A stretch of 63,952 nt of DNA, counting the filler, from a bacterium (GTDB lineage Bacteria; UBP15; UBA6099; JAJRTR01): NCBI GenBank assembly GCA_024278215.1. It is 7 parts of 7 records of this genome, joined end to end, with 100 filler letters (N's around TTAATTAATTAA, not from the genome) between each part and the next. Parts side by side here need not be neighbours in the genome. Positions count along the whole stretch, not along the records: positions 1 to 18,525 come from JAJRTR010000081.1; positions 18,626 to 23,941 come from JAJRTR010000083.1; 5 more parts are not named here. One strand, 5' to 3'. The notes below the pieces were generated by a model. That model was given only the letters and a program-made list of their open reading frames with translations, made no database searches and had not been told where the DNA came from. Positions 10,241 to 20,596 of the stretch are shown piece by piece; position 1 is the stretch's first letter, and each line of letters opens with the position of its first letter. A program made the position numbers and the translations under genes.

Positions 10241-10486
10241 TTGCTCGTTCTATCACGAAAACTTGAAGAAAGTATAATGATCGGCGACGAAATAGAAATC
10301 AAAGTCATAGCCGTTCACGGAGAAACCGTAAAACTCGGGATCACTGCACCGAGGAGCATACCGGTACACAGAAAAGAAGTCTATGTGGAAATAGAAAAGG
10401 AAAACATCAGAGCAGCCGCGATGGGTGCGACAGTAGACAGAATAGATCTGCTGGAACACATTTTCAAAGAAGACAGGAAGCTCTGA
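10241..10486 (+). CDS. csrA: Carbon storage regulator CsrA
   Basis: [22 protein letters not shown]...[19 protein letters not shown]. Confidence 0.96.
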   Translation: MLVLSRKLEESIMIGDEIEIKVIAVHGETVKLGITAPRSIPVHRKEVYVEIEKENIRAAAMGATVDRIDLLEHIFKEDRKL

Positions 10487-10781
10487 ACCGTTAAATAGAT
10501 TTAATAAACTCGACGCGGGAGTTATAAGAGAAACTCCAGGCGGCATGAACCTTGAAAACTGCATACCACAATTATTTAAATGACAGGTATTTAATTATTT
10601 ATCTCACTACAGCAGGTAAGACTGCGCATCCGAAATATTAAAACAAACGGAGCGCGGACTTAACCATAACAGCCGGCTTCACCCGGATTCGGGGAAGACC
10701 GGAAAAGCCTGAACAGTTTGAAACCTTATACGGGGTTAGGAGGTGAAACGGCTACCTGTACTCAAACATAGTAAGGCGAAT

Positions 10782-10798
10782 GAGCTAAGGAATAGCTC
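10782..10798 (+). promoter_or_regulatory. Putative CsrA-binding hairpin in the flagellin leader
   Basis: Stem GAGCTA/TAGCTC with an AGGAA loop; a second GGA site overlaps the SD (ACAGGGAGGAG). Confidence 0.6.
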
Positions 10799-10851
10799 GC
10801 AGTAAGTTTCTGGTGGCTCCAGAAACACGAAAAACAGGGAGGAGATAAACC

Positions 10852-11712
10852 ATGTCAATTACTAGGATTAATACCAATGTCGAAGCCTTAATGGCTGGCA
10901 ACAACCTGAGGAAACTCGAGTTCAATATGAACCGGACGATGAATCGTCTTTCAACCGGTCTGCGGATCAACACCGCGGCTGATGATCCGTCCGGAATGGG
11001 AATTGCGAATTCCTTCAAATCTCAGCTTTCCGGCATAAGAGCGGCGACACAGAACGCCGAAGATACTCTCTCGATGATGAACATCGTCGATACTACTCTA
11101 TCAGAAATTTCGGACATTATGATCCGGATGAGAGATCTGGCCGTTCGCGCCGCAACGGACGCGACAGTCACAACAACGCAACGTGCCAACATGGAGTCTG
11201 AAGTAGTAAGTCTCAAAGCGGAGATCACACGCAAACAGGGCGCAATTTCGTTTAACTCGAAGGTTCTGTTCAACGGCTCATTGAGCGGTGGTACGGCTAC
11301 AGCGCAGGTTCAACTCGGGCCGGACAACATTGCTGCACAAAGGTTCAGCATAAACATCCCGACTCTGACGGCCACAGGTATTGGCGGTGGAATGAGCTTT
11401 AACAACGGCATGCACATCAGTCAGTCCACAAGTGCTCAAGTCGCCATCGATATCATGAACAGCGCCATCTCCAGTCTCGGTACGACAATGACCGCGATCG
11501 GCTCGATGGAACAGGAGATCGAACGCAAGATCACCGAACTCCAGGCCACAGAAGTCAACACTGCTGCCGCCCTCTCCCGCGTACAAGATGCGGATATGGC
11601 CGGCGAAATCACAGAATTCGCCAAGCAGCAGATCATGTCTCAGGCTGCCACAGCTATGATAGCACAGGCAAATGCACAGCCCCAGTCTATACTCACGTTA
11701 CTTGGAGCATAA
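10852..11712 (+). CDS. fliC: Flagellin (short, 286 aa)
   Basis: RINTNV...RLSTGLRINTAADDPSG; SRVQDADMAGE...AQANAQPQSILTLL. Confidence 0.95.
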   Translation: MSITRINTNVEALMAGNNLRKLEFNMNRTMNRLSTGLRINTAADDPSGMGIANSFKSQLSGIRAATQNAEDTLSMMNIVDTTLSEISDIMIRMRDLAVRAATDATVTTTQRANMESEVVSLKAEITRKQGAISFNSKVLFNGSLSGGTATAQVQLGPDNIAAQRFSINIPTLTATGIGGGMSFNNGMHISQSTSAQVAIDIMNSAISSLGTTMTAIGSMEQEIERKITELQATEVNTAAALSRVQDADMAGEITEFAKQQIMSQAATAMIAQANAQPQSILTLLGA

Positions 11713-11811
11713 ACTGGGCGAATATATCCTGCTGGCATTTTGCTGTACATACTATCATTAATCGTCAGTTTGGATTAAAAGCCTAGGGTGTTTCGTTCTA
11801 TATAATCACAC

Positions 11812-11845
11812 AAAAAGCCCTCCCACGGCGGGAGGGTTTTTTTTT
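11812..11845. terminator. Intrinsic, probably bidirectional terminator
   Basis: AAAAA-GCCCTCCC-ACGGC-GGGAGGGT-T run between convergent genes. Confidence 0.85.
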
Positions 11846-11896
11846 GCACTTTTTTCTTGACTATTTGCTAAACGACATTTGTTGCGTGGAAATATA

Positions 11897-14800
11897 TCAG
11901 AAGTCGGCCCTGAATGTGCTTTCAAACAGGTGGCCGGTGTAATCACGGTCGTTGTCATCCGCTTTTCGGAATCTCGACATCCTGTAAAACAGGTTCAGTG
12001 AAATAATTTCAGTTAGTTTCAACTCGGAGCCGAGTTCGAGCGCCGAGTTGTCTTCGTTCAGGCTTCCGCTCCTGGAGACCTTCTGAAATGAAAACCACTG
12101 CGACAATTTTTCGCTAGGGATTCTGCCAATGCGTGTATTTATGGTATTTGTGTCATAACCGGAGGACCTCGACGATGAGTACGACTCGTTTTTCAGTTGC
12201 GCCGAGTAGTTCCATACGGGGCTCGGATTGTAACCGGCGACAATATTCCAGTTTTTGTTCGACGATGTGCTGTTTCCACTCAGATTGAACGTGTCCCGGT
12301 CGCTCCTGACGAGTGTGAAGGTGAGGTGATAGGGTCTGCCCGGCGGTCTGTAGTCGAATTTATAACGCTTTATTTTACTCTCGGTGCGCGAGTCGTCGCC
12401 GGTGAAAGAATCAGACACTGTAAATATCGGCATAAAAGTGAGGGCTTTGGTAAGGGCATAGCCGAATGTGTATGTCTCGGTTTTCGAACCGGACGACGGG
12501 CCTGTGATGCTTGGCCGGTCCTGTTGACTGTAACTGTATGAAAGCGCCTGTACTCTTCCGGTCGGCCTGGTGCTGATGGAAACTCTTGACGAATGAATAA
12601 CGCGATCATTCACAGCCGGTCTCGTGTCGCTCGTGTTCTGATCGTCGATGTCCACTTTCACCATGACCATTTCGTGCGGTCGCCAGCCGACACCTATCTT
12701 CTGCGACCTGTTCGTATTCGTATATGTCTCACCGCCGCTCGCCGTTTCGGTTTTACTTGTATCGAACATTGTTGTGAGCTTGAGATTCTTCGTCGGGCTG
12801 TAGTTGAATCCGATCTTTCTGCTCGTGTTTTTGCGCCCTGTATTTGTCTTCACATTATCGGTCTGTTTCATGCCGGTATAACCGATAGTCAGGTCGGCTT
12901 TTTTCAGCATCGGCACAGGGATCGCCGCATTGAGCCCTTTCTTTGTTTCCGATGTATCCGCCCTGCGAGGCGAATAGTCGTCGAACCGGTCTCTCGTTTC
13001 ATAAGTTACCGCAAGCGTTTTGAAGAAGGAATTGCTGAACGTCAGTTTATGTTTCTGCTGTTTTGATCTTGTATTGTGAAGTTCGAAAAGGTCCTGCGCG
13101 GTATCGACATCGACATAATCGGACTTGAGTGTCAGGTTGCTGAGAATCTTCCGGCTGATCCCGATAGTGAGTTTACCTGTTTCGAGATTGCTCTCGCCAC
13201 CGATGGGCGTAAAGAATGTGTCGCCGTTCCACACGCTGAGGTTCACGCTGGTTTTACTTCCACTGTATGCCGCGTTCATCTGAACGACATTCCCGCTCTC
13301 GACACCGATAAACGGGGGATAATACTGGTAGTCCGCGAGAATCACTGTGCCGGCCGGAATCAGAACCCGCATCGTCACCCTGCCCTGCGTGACCTCCAGA
13401 CTATAATCTGTGTTGAGTCTCAGGACAGAGTCGTCGGCAAGCCTGTCGTCGAAATACAGGATCACCGTGCCTGGCACAATATCCTGCTGACCGAGGTCGA
13501 ATGTGCAGGCCGCGGTATTGCCGGCCTCGGGAGTGCAGTCCAGGTCCGCCGACGCCGCATCACGAACCACTATATTCAAGTTGTTAATCGGTTTGGCCGA
13601 TATATCCGCATCGCTTCTTGCCGCCTCCAGCGCCACTTTCACTTTACCGCCGGGCTTAAACTCCATCCTGAAATCATCTACCGTATGATCGTAATCAGAT
13701 TCAAGCAGCGTGTCCGACGGATAAGAATACGCGTCGATACGGAGGTAATCATAAGTCTGGAATTCCGTGCTCGCGGCGTCGATGAACTCGACTCTGTTAA
13801 AATCCTCGTCGACTATGTAGTCAACACCGCGCGTTTTCTGAACACATAAGTTCAGGTCCTCGTCGGTACAGAAATAAACTTTTTCGGAGCCGTAATAAAT
13901 CGTACCGCTCATCTTTGTTGAATCGGGATAGGCGTAAGGTTGTCCGGATTCGTCATGAAAGAGGTTCACTTTCGTGTTGTATTCAGTGACTTCGCTCGGA
14001 TAGTAGAAATAAGTGATCCTGAAGGCGTCGCTTGCAGAGGATGTCGGCTCGGCGAGGAGAAACTCGAAGTTTGCATAATATTCCGCGATTTTTGCATTGC
14101 CGAGCAGAAAATTCGTGTCTCCCAACTCGGATAACATGTTATAATCCTGATTCGCTTCCAGCGTCACCCCGTTCTCGGTAATTATCTCGGAATCCTTTAC
14201 TATCAGGTCGCCGCTTTCGAGCCCGACAGACAATATCCTGGAGGAATCGAGCCCCGGTATCTCCTCCACAACTTTTTCACGCAGTTTCTGTGTCGACCTG
14301 TTCGCTGCCTTCACAAGATGCGAATAACCGTAAGACCACTTTCCGCTCCTCGTCTTCCTGTCGACGGCAAGACCTTTCAAGTCGCCCTCACTCAGCGAAC
14401 CGGTCAATCGTTGTTCATAAGTAATCGTTACAATATCGGTCGGCCCGAGAATATCGAGAAAAGAAATCTCACCGAGAAACTCGTCAAGAATATATTCATT
14501 AGCCGGAAGCACCCTGTCGTTGAGTTTGACGGCAGCTTTGTCTGCTATAATGTCTCTTGCGTTCAGATCATACGGGCCCTTGATATTCCTTCCCGTGAAG
14601 GAAGTTGTGCGCGTCTGGCTCTCGGACTTCGACATGAGAAACATAATATTGGTAAGGTCCGTGCTGTAATCGACCTGAAATCCGTTTGTCTTCTTTGCAA
14701 AAGGAGATAGTCTTCCGCCTTCAAACTTCGCCGTAAAGTCTCCATAAGTCGCACCGTAGTGACTGTGCTCCATGCGAAACATCATGTCACGATCCTGTCT

Positions 14801-17461
14801 CGGCATTTCATAAAATCTTCCGGAAAGTTTCGTATTGTCGCCAACTTCAGCGAATACGGAAAGATTAGTGCCCTGCTCAATACTTTCGGACTGGTGGGTT
14901 AATCCCTCGCGCGACAGAAACTCGCTCTCGCTACCGCCGGCTGCAAAAGTCCTGTACTTCAGATACCGGAAACCGGAAAGTGTAATATTATCATTTTTTT
15001 CTTTTTTAATTTTTGTGCCTGTGTTGTCGACAATCGAAGGGGAAGCGGGTGTTTGCGCCGCTGCTGCCAAAGGCAGAGTTGCTGTTGCGGATTCGGGCTT
15101 GGATTCTGGTGCCTGTGCAGGTGCGGGTCGAGTCGCTGTTTCATTCACAGTTGCAGATTCCTCAACTGTCTTTTTCGCTGTCGTCGCTTTCTTTTCAGGA
15201 GCAGGCGAAATCGGTTTTTGTGCTTTCTTAGTGAAAACAGATTCCTCATTTGCCGCCAGTGGGCCTGCCTCGGCAGTGGTTGTTTCAGGGGTATTTACAT
15301 CAGTTGTTTTTTCAACTTTTCTTTCTTTTGCGTACTCCTTATTCTCATCTGCGGTTTCGGACGGTGAAACTTTTCGCGGCGTTAATTCAGTTTTTTTTTC
15401 AACCGGCTGCTGTTGCTTTTCAGCGTCCTGCTTCTGTTCCTTCTTTTCCTCCGCAGGTTCCGTAGAAAAATGTTTTTCATACCATCGAAGGCCGGAATCA
15501 GGTGTCTTTCCCTCGACCGGTGTTTTCGGTGCTGTTTTCTCAGACTTTTCCTTACCCGCCATGTCGATGTCGTATATCAGCCATTCGATGCGTTCCTGAA
15601 AATCAAGTCCCTGCCTGTCCTCTCCCTGTTCAATTTCCTTTTCGCCGCCGAGTTCGCCGATCAGCCTGTCAACAGGACTTTCTTCCTGCTCTTCGCTTTC
15701 CTGTTTCTTGTCGTCCCCCGTAGCTTCCTCAACTTTTTTGTCAACCTTTTTCCTCACGACTTTCTTTTCCGGATTCTTTTTCTTCGCAGTCGTGGCGGGA
15801 ACGGCTTTTCGGAGTTCCTCTTTCTTCGCTGCCGGTGGAGTGTCCGCCTTTTTCTGTTCCGCATTTTTCGGTAACGGAGCAGGGGCGGCTTTTTCCGATT
15901 CAACTTTTTTCGCAGGAGGCAGCTTTTCAACTTTCTTAATTTCCGTCTTTTTAACGGGTGCGCGAGCGGCGGATTTCTTCCGCCTCTGTGATGTCTGCGC
16001 CTTTGTTGTTTTCGTAGTTTCAGTGATCTTTTCCGGTTCAGGCTCCTTTTTCTCCTGCACGGCAACTTTCGATGTCGTCTCTATCTCGATACTTGTTTTT
16101 TCAGTCTGCTGCCTTTTTACACCGTGCTTTGTTGCAGTCCGTTTTTTCACAGGAACCGGTACGCTTTCCTTTGCCGATGTTTCCTGTTTTTTTTCAGGAC
16201 TCTTTTCCACTTGCTCGATCTCTTGTTGTTTTTCAACCACAGACCGGGTTTCACTGCGCGGCAGAGCTTTCGTTTTTTCCGGCTTTTTTTGCGGCTCGAC
16301 CTTCTTTGTCGGCGCCTTCTTTTCTTCCGTTATCTCTTTATTCAGTTCCGAAGCGGCTTCCACTTTCTTTTTCTTTACAGGCTTCTTTTTTGTTTCAGTT
16401 TGTTGAGGCGGCGGCGGGCCTGGAACGGATTCGTCTTTAACATCGAGTTCATCCAGCAGCCTGTCCACACGCGGGAATTCTATACCCAACTCTTCAGCCG
16501 TCACATGAGGCGCTTCGTCGGATAGAAGCCTCTTTTCTTTTTTTACAACAGGTTTCGGGGCGGGCAAGTCTTTGTTTTTTACGACTGAATCAGGTTTCGG
16601 GGCCAGGGCGGGCTTAACAGCTTTTTTCACAACAGGAACCGCCTTCGGGATTGCCTTCGCGGGCTCTGACTTCTTTAGCCCTTTTTCTGTTTTCTTTTTC
16701 GATGGAGTTTCCTGTTTCTTCGGTTCAACTGTCTGAACAGTTCTGTTCGGCGGGGTCTTTTTTTTATGCTCGGTTTTTGCCGCGGCTTTGTTGACTACTG
16801 TTTTCGCTGGTGTTATTTTCTTCTTATCGCTTTGTTTTGCCTTTTTACCGGAAGGCTTCTTTTCGAGCACTTTCTTCGCTTTTTTCGTCTCGGATTTTTT
16901 TGCAAGTGTTTTCTTCGGTTGTTTTTTCTGTTTTTTCGGTGCGGCGTCTTTTTCGGAGCCACTTTTCCATTTATGTTCTTCTGCTTTTTCCTGCTCTTCT
17001 TTCTGCTGTTTCGCGATCTGTTCTTTCGCCGCGTCGAGCCAGGTTCTTGTTTTCCTCTTCTTCCACATTTTCTTAACAGCGTCATCAAGGCTCTGAAGAA
17101 GCTTGTCGACTTTCGGGAACTCGACATTGAGTTCTTTCGCAGTGTCGCCGGCGACAGAGTAGTCCACTTCGGGCTCGGCGGGTTTCTCTTCCGGTTCTTC
17201 CGCCGGAGAAGGAATAACTTCATCGAGGACATCTACAAGGTCGTCCACTTTATCGTCGAATGTTTCATCACCGACTGTACCCGCGTTAAGAGCATCGTCG
17301 ATTATTCCGATAAGTTCCTCGTAATCGACTTTCCGTTTATCTTTTTCGTAGTGTATTTTCGGTTTCACCGGCGCACCGGGCACATCGGCATACACAAAAA
17401 AACAGTCCAGATATAATATTGTTGCTATAATGAGAATTGATAGAAGTAAGTATTTACGCAT
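11897..17461 (-). CDS. 1854-aa secreted protein: ~800-aa K/E/P/A-rich disordered region plus a large predicted outer-membrane beta-barrel
   Basis: Signal peptide; low-complexity N-half; alternating beta-strand pattern; C-terminal Phe (STFRADF). Confidence 0.75.
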   Translation of the reverse strand: MRKYLLLSILIIATILYLDCFFVYADVPGAPVKPKIHYEKDKRKVDYEELIGIIDDALNAGTVGDETFDDKVDDLVDVLDEVIPSPAEEPEEKPAEPEVDYSVAGDTAKELNVEFPKVDKLLQSLDDAVKKMWKKRKTRTWLDAAKEQIAKQQKEEQEKAEEHKWKSGSEKDAAPKKQKKQPKKTLAKKSETKKAKKVLEKKPSGKKAKQSDKKKITPAKTVVNKAAAKTEHKKKTPPNRTVQTVEPKKQETPSKKKTEKGLKKSEPAKAIPKAVPVVKKAVKPALAPKPDSVVKNKDLPAPKPVVKKEKRLLSDEAPHVTAEELGIEFPRVDRLLDELDVKDESVPGPPPPQQTETKKKPVKKKKVEAASELNKEITEEKKAPTKKVEPQKKPEKTKALPRSETRSVVEKQQEIEQVEKSPEKKQETSAKESVPVPVKKRTATKHGVKRQQTEKTSIEIETTSKVAVQEKKEPEPEKITETTKTTKAQTSQRRKKSAARAPVKKTEIKKVEKLPPAKKVESEKAAPAPLPKNAEQKKADTPPAAKKEELRKAVPATTAKKKNPEKKVVRKKVDKKVEEATGDDKKQESEEQEESPVDRLIGELGGEKEIEQGEDRQGLDFQERIEWLIYDIDMAGKEKSEKTAPKTPVEGKTPDSGLRWYEKHFSTEPAEEKKEQKQDAEKQQQPVEKKTELTPRKVSPSETADENKEYAKERKVEKTTDVNTPETTTAEAGPLAANEESVFTKKAQKPISPAPEKKATTAKKTVEESATVNETATRPAPAQAPESKPESATATLPLAAAAQTPASPSIVDNTGTKIKKEKNDNITLSGFRYLKYRTFAAGGSESEFLSREGLTHQSESIEQGTNLSVFAEVGDNTKLSGRFYEMPRQDRDMMFRMEHSHYGATYGDFTAKFEGGRLSPFAKKTNGFQVDYSTDLTNIMFLMSKSESQTRTTSFTGRNIKGPYDLNARDIIADKAAVKLNDRVLPANEYILDEFLGEISFLDILGPTDIVTITYEQRLTGSLSEGDLKGLAVDRKTRSGKWSYGYSHLVKAANRSTQKLREKVVEEIPGLDSSRILSVGLESGDLIVKDSEIITENGVTLEANQDYNMLSELGDTNFLLGNAKIAEYYANFEFLLAEPTSSASDAFRITYFYYPSEVTEYNTKVNLFHDESGQPYAYPDSTKMSGTIYYGSEKVYFCTDEDLNLCVQKTRGVDYIVDEDFNRVEFIDAASTEFQTYDYLRIDAYSYPSDTLLESDYDHTVDDFRMEFKPGGKVKVALEAARSDADISAKPINNLNIVVRDAASADLDCTPEAGNTAACTFDLGQQDIVPGTVILYFDDRLADDSVLRLNTDYSLEVTQGRVTMRVLIPAGTVILADYQYYPPFIGVESGNVVQMNAAYSGSKTSVNLSVWNGDTFFTPIGGESNLETGKLTIGISRKILSNLTLKSDYVDVDTAQDLFELHNTRSKQQKHKLTFSNSFFKTLAVTYETRDRFDDYSPRRADTSETKKGLNAAIPVPMLKKADLTIGYTGMKQTDNVKTNTGRKNTSRKIGFNYSPTKNLKLTTMFDTSKTETASGGETYTNTNRSQKIGVGWRPHEMVMVKVDIDDQNTSDTRPAVNDRVIHSSRVSISTRPTGRVQALSYSYSQQDRPSITGPSSGSKTETYTFGYALTKALTFMPIFTVSDSFTGDDSRTESKIKRYKFDYRPPGRPYHLTFTLVRSDRDTFNLSGNSTSSNKNWNIVAGYNPSPVWNYSAQLKNESYSSSRSSGYDTNTINTRIGRIPSEKLSQWFSFQKVSRSGSLNEDNSALELGSELKLTEIISLNLFYRMSRFRKADDNDRDYTGHLFESTFRADF

Positions 17462-17702
17462 GTCTGTCTTTCTTCACATGGTGGCTGCAATGACCGCCGA
17501 CCCGGAATTGCCCCGCTGCCGCCCTGCCTGATTATATATGAATAACATCCACATTTATTAGTCTATTTTGCAATTCTTAAATCAATACCGACAACCTCAA
17601 TGTTACAATACATTATTATACATTAATACATCTACGCTATGAAGTGTTTCCTGTGATCCTCTGAACGCGGTTCCGGCTTTGTCATAACAACAGGTTCTGT
17701 CA

Positions 17703-18525
17703 CTACGATATGCCGTACTGCTTAAGTTTGTAGAAAAGGCTGCGCCTGGATATGTTGAGAAGCCCGGCAGCTTTATCTTTATTGCCGCCTGTTTCCTTGA
17801 GCGCTTTCTCTATAAGCTGTTTTTCGACACTTCCGACAACCCTGTCGACGGCTGCTTTCATCGAAAAGCCGTCTTCTTTGACATCGCCGGAAAACAATGA
17901 TTCGGTATCGGGCTCTTTGCCTGTAACATAGTCAGGCAGGTCGGCAGGCGTGATCTCATTCCCGTTCGACATTAAAACACAGCGCTCGACGAGGTTGTGT
18001 AATTCACGAACATTGCCGGGCCAATCGTAATGGATCATGTAATTAACAGCTTCCGGCGTGAAGTGTTTCAGCGGCAGTTTATCATCCTTGCAAGTCAGAT
18101 CGAGGAAATGGCGCAGGAGAAGCGGTACGTCATCGCGCCTGTCCCTCAGAGGTGGCATCTGCACGGGAATCACATTCAGCCTGAAAAAAAGGTCCTTTCT
18201 GAATCTTCCATCATTTACAGCCGCCTCGAGGTCGACATTTGTCGCGGCGATAATCCTGACATCCACTATCCTTCTCCGGTTCTCACCGATTCGGCTCAAT
18301 TCGCCGTTTTCGAGGACTCTAAGCAGTTTTACCTGTATTTCTATCGGCAATTCGCCGACTTCGTCAAGGAATACCGTGCCGCCGTCAGCCTCCTCGAATC
18401 TTCCTTTTTTTGCGGATACGGCATCGGTGAAAGCGCCTTTTACGTGTCCGAACAACTCGCTCTCGAGCAGTGTGGGAGGGATCGCCGCGCAGTTTACAAC
18501 AACAAATGAACGTTCCCGCCGCCGG
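17703..18525 (-). CDS. Sigma54-dependent enhancer-binding protein (NtrC family), 5' truncated by contig end
   Basis: VNCAAIPPTLLESELFGHVKGAFTDA, FLDEVGE, WPGNVREL and a Fis-type HTH. Confidence 0.93.
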
Positions 18526-18625
18526 NNNNNNNNNNNNNNNNNNNNNNNNNNNNNNNNNNNNNNNNNNNNTTAATTAATTAANNNNNNNNNNNNNNNNNNN
18601 NNNNNNNNNNNNNNNNNNNNNNNNN
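18526..18625. other. Artificial contig linker
   Basis: N44-TTAATTAATTAA-N44. Confidence 0.98.
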
Positions 18626-18766
18626 CGAAATTGTTCGGAGCAAGGCGGAGGTATAAAATCCTCGCAGGCGTACTTGTAGAGTACGTCGAGGACGATTTTG
18701 TGCCGACAACGCAGCTATGGACAATAGCAGCCGACCGCAGCAGAATCAGAATTTTGCAATTGGCTC
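18626..18766 (-). mobile_element. MITE family A, truncated by contig start
   Basis: Ends ...CAGAATTTTGCAATTGGCTC; near-identical to the reverse complement of the 63758 copy. Confidence 0.9.
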
Positions 18767-19052
18767 GAACGAAGTGAATATTGATGTTAAAGCATCTATC
18801 CCGGATTTCTAACAACGAAATCCGGTTCGGTGTTCGGCAATCGGAGTTCGGACCTCGGTAAAAACAAGACGCCGAACACCGGGAAGTGAATTCTTTTTAT
18901 CTGCTTAGCGACAACATCTTGTTGCTTACGACAGACAAAAGGTCTTTTTTGACCCCTAAAATGAAATGTGATAAACTTGCTTCTGCCGAGTCAAGTGCAA
19001 AATTCTGATTCTGCTGAAATACAAGATCGAAAACTGAAAGGGGAACGGGGAC

Positions 19053-20552
19053 ATGGTGAAAAAATATGTCCTTGCAATAGACCAGGGAACGACCGGTTCT
19101 ACTGCAATTCTGATTGATAAAGGCGGAAAGACATTTGGAAAAGTCAACCTGGAATTTCCGCAATATTTCCCGAAACCGGGTTGGGTGGAACACGATGCCG
19201 ACGAGATATGGCAATGTACGATGAAGGCGGTACGCGCATGTCTGAAACGCGCGAGAGTGAAGTCCGAAAACATAGAGGCTATAGGAATAACAAACCAGCG
19301 CGAAACTACATTGTTGTGGGACCGCGAAACGGGCGAGCCGATACATAACGCAATAGTGTGGCAGTGCAGGCGCACGGCGAAGACATGCGAGAATATGAAG
19401 AAGGCCGGTCTTACCGACGCGGTTCGACGCAAAACGGGTCTTGTGATAGACGCATATTTCTCGGGCACAAAAGTCAAGTGGCTTCTCGACAAAGTGAAGG
19501 GTGCGCGGGCGGCGGCGAGAAAGGGTAAAATCGCTTTCGGCACAATCGACTCGTGGCTTGTGTACCGTCTCACAGCGGGCGAGGTTCATGCAATCGAGAT
19601 ATCGAATGCTTCGCGCACGATGCTGTATAACATAGGCAGCTTGCAGTGGGATAAGGATATACTTAAAGAGTTGAACATACCGGATTCGATACTCCCGGAA
19701 GTTGTGCCTTCGAGCAAGATAATCGGATACACAAAGGGAATAAAGGGCCTCGTGGACGGGATACCGATTGCCGGAATAGCCGGCGACCAGCAGGCGGCGC
19801 TTTTCGGCCAGACATGTTTTGAACCCGGCACGTCGAAATGCACTTACGGAACAGGTTCTTTCATTCTAATGAATACAGGCACCGAAAAAGTCATATCGGA
19901 AAGCGGCCTTGTGACGACAATCGGCTGGCAGCTTGACGGAGAAACTGTGTACGCGCTCGAGGGCAGTGCATTCATATCAGGGGCGGCGGTACAGTGGTTG
20001 AGGGACGGACTGAAGATAATAAAGAACGCGGCGGATACGGAAGCGCTTGCGAATTCAGTCGATGACTCCGGCGGCGTATATTTTGTGCCTGCGCTGGTGG
20101 GCCTCGGCGCGCCGCACTGGGATATGTATGCACGGGGCACAATAGTAGGTCTCACACGAGGCACGACCCGCGCACATATAGCAAGGGCCGCTCTCGAAGC
20201 AATAAGTTTTCAGACCCGTGACATGACTGATGCCATGGCCAGGGACGCGAATGTCAAACTGAAATCGCTGAACGTGGACGGCGGTGCAACAGCGAATAAT
20301 TTCCTCATGCAGTTCCAGTCCGACATCCTCGGCGTGGCGGTCGACCGCCCGAAGATCATCGAGACTACGGCACTTGGCAGCGCATTTCTCGCCGGGCTGG
20401 CCGTCGGTTTCTGGGACAGCAGGAAGGAACTCGAAAAAGCGCGTCGGACTGACAGGATTTTCAGACCCGCGATGAAACCCAAACAGAGAAATGAACTGTA
20501 TGCGGGGTGGTCCAGAGCAGTAGAACGTGCAAAGGGCTGGGAGCAACATTAG
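19053..20552 (+). CDS. glpK: Glycerol kinase
   Basis: AIDQGTTGS, GITNQRETT, AGDQQAALFGQ, KCTYGTGSF, YFVPALVGLGAPHW. Confidence 0.97.
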   Translation: MVKKYVLAIDQGTTGSTAILIDKGGKTFGKVNLEFPQYFPKPGWVEHDADEIWQCTMKAVRACLKRARVKSENIEAIGITNQRETTLLWDRETGEPIHNAIVWQCRRTAKTCENMKKAGLTDAVRRKTGLVIDAYFSGTKVKWLLDKVKGARAAARKGKIAFGTIDSWLVYRLTAGEVHAIEISNASRTMLYNIGSLQWDKDILKELNIPDSILPEVVPSSKIIGYTKGIKGLVDGIPIAGIAGDQQAALFGQTCFEPGTSKCTYGTGSFILMNTGTEKVISESGLVTTIGWQLDGETVYALEGSAFISGAAVQWLRDGLKIIKNAADTEALANSVDDSGGVYFVPALVGLGAPHWDMYARGTIVGLTRGTTRAHIARAALEAISFQTRDMTDAMARDANVKLKSLNVDGGATANNFLMQFQSDILGVAVDRPKIIETTALGSAFLAGLAVGFWDSRKELEKARRTDRIFRPAMKPKQRNELYAGWSRAVERAKGWEQH

Positions 20553-20596
20553 CCCGGATTTTCCACATAGGAATCCGGAAAGTTTAACAATAGCGA

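Noticed and set aside
12197-17416. Many long Phe/Ser-rich plus-strand ORFs
   Set aside because: Antisense shadows of the low-complexity 1854-aa gene.
18826-18860. Heptamer-like TCGG repeats (also TTCATTC-type repeats near 45075)
   Set aside because: Short and degenerate with no spacers; not CRISPR and no function can be supported.
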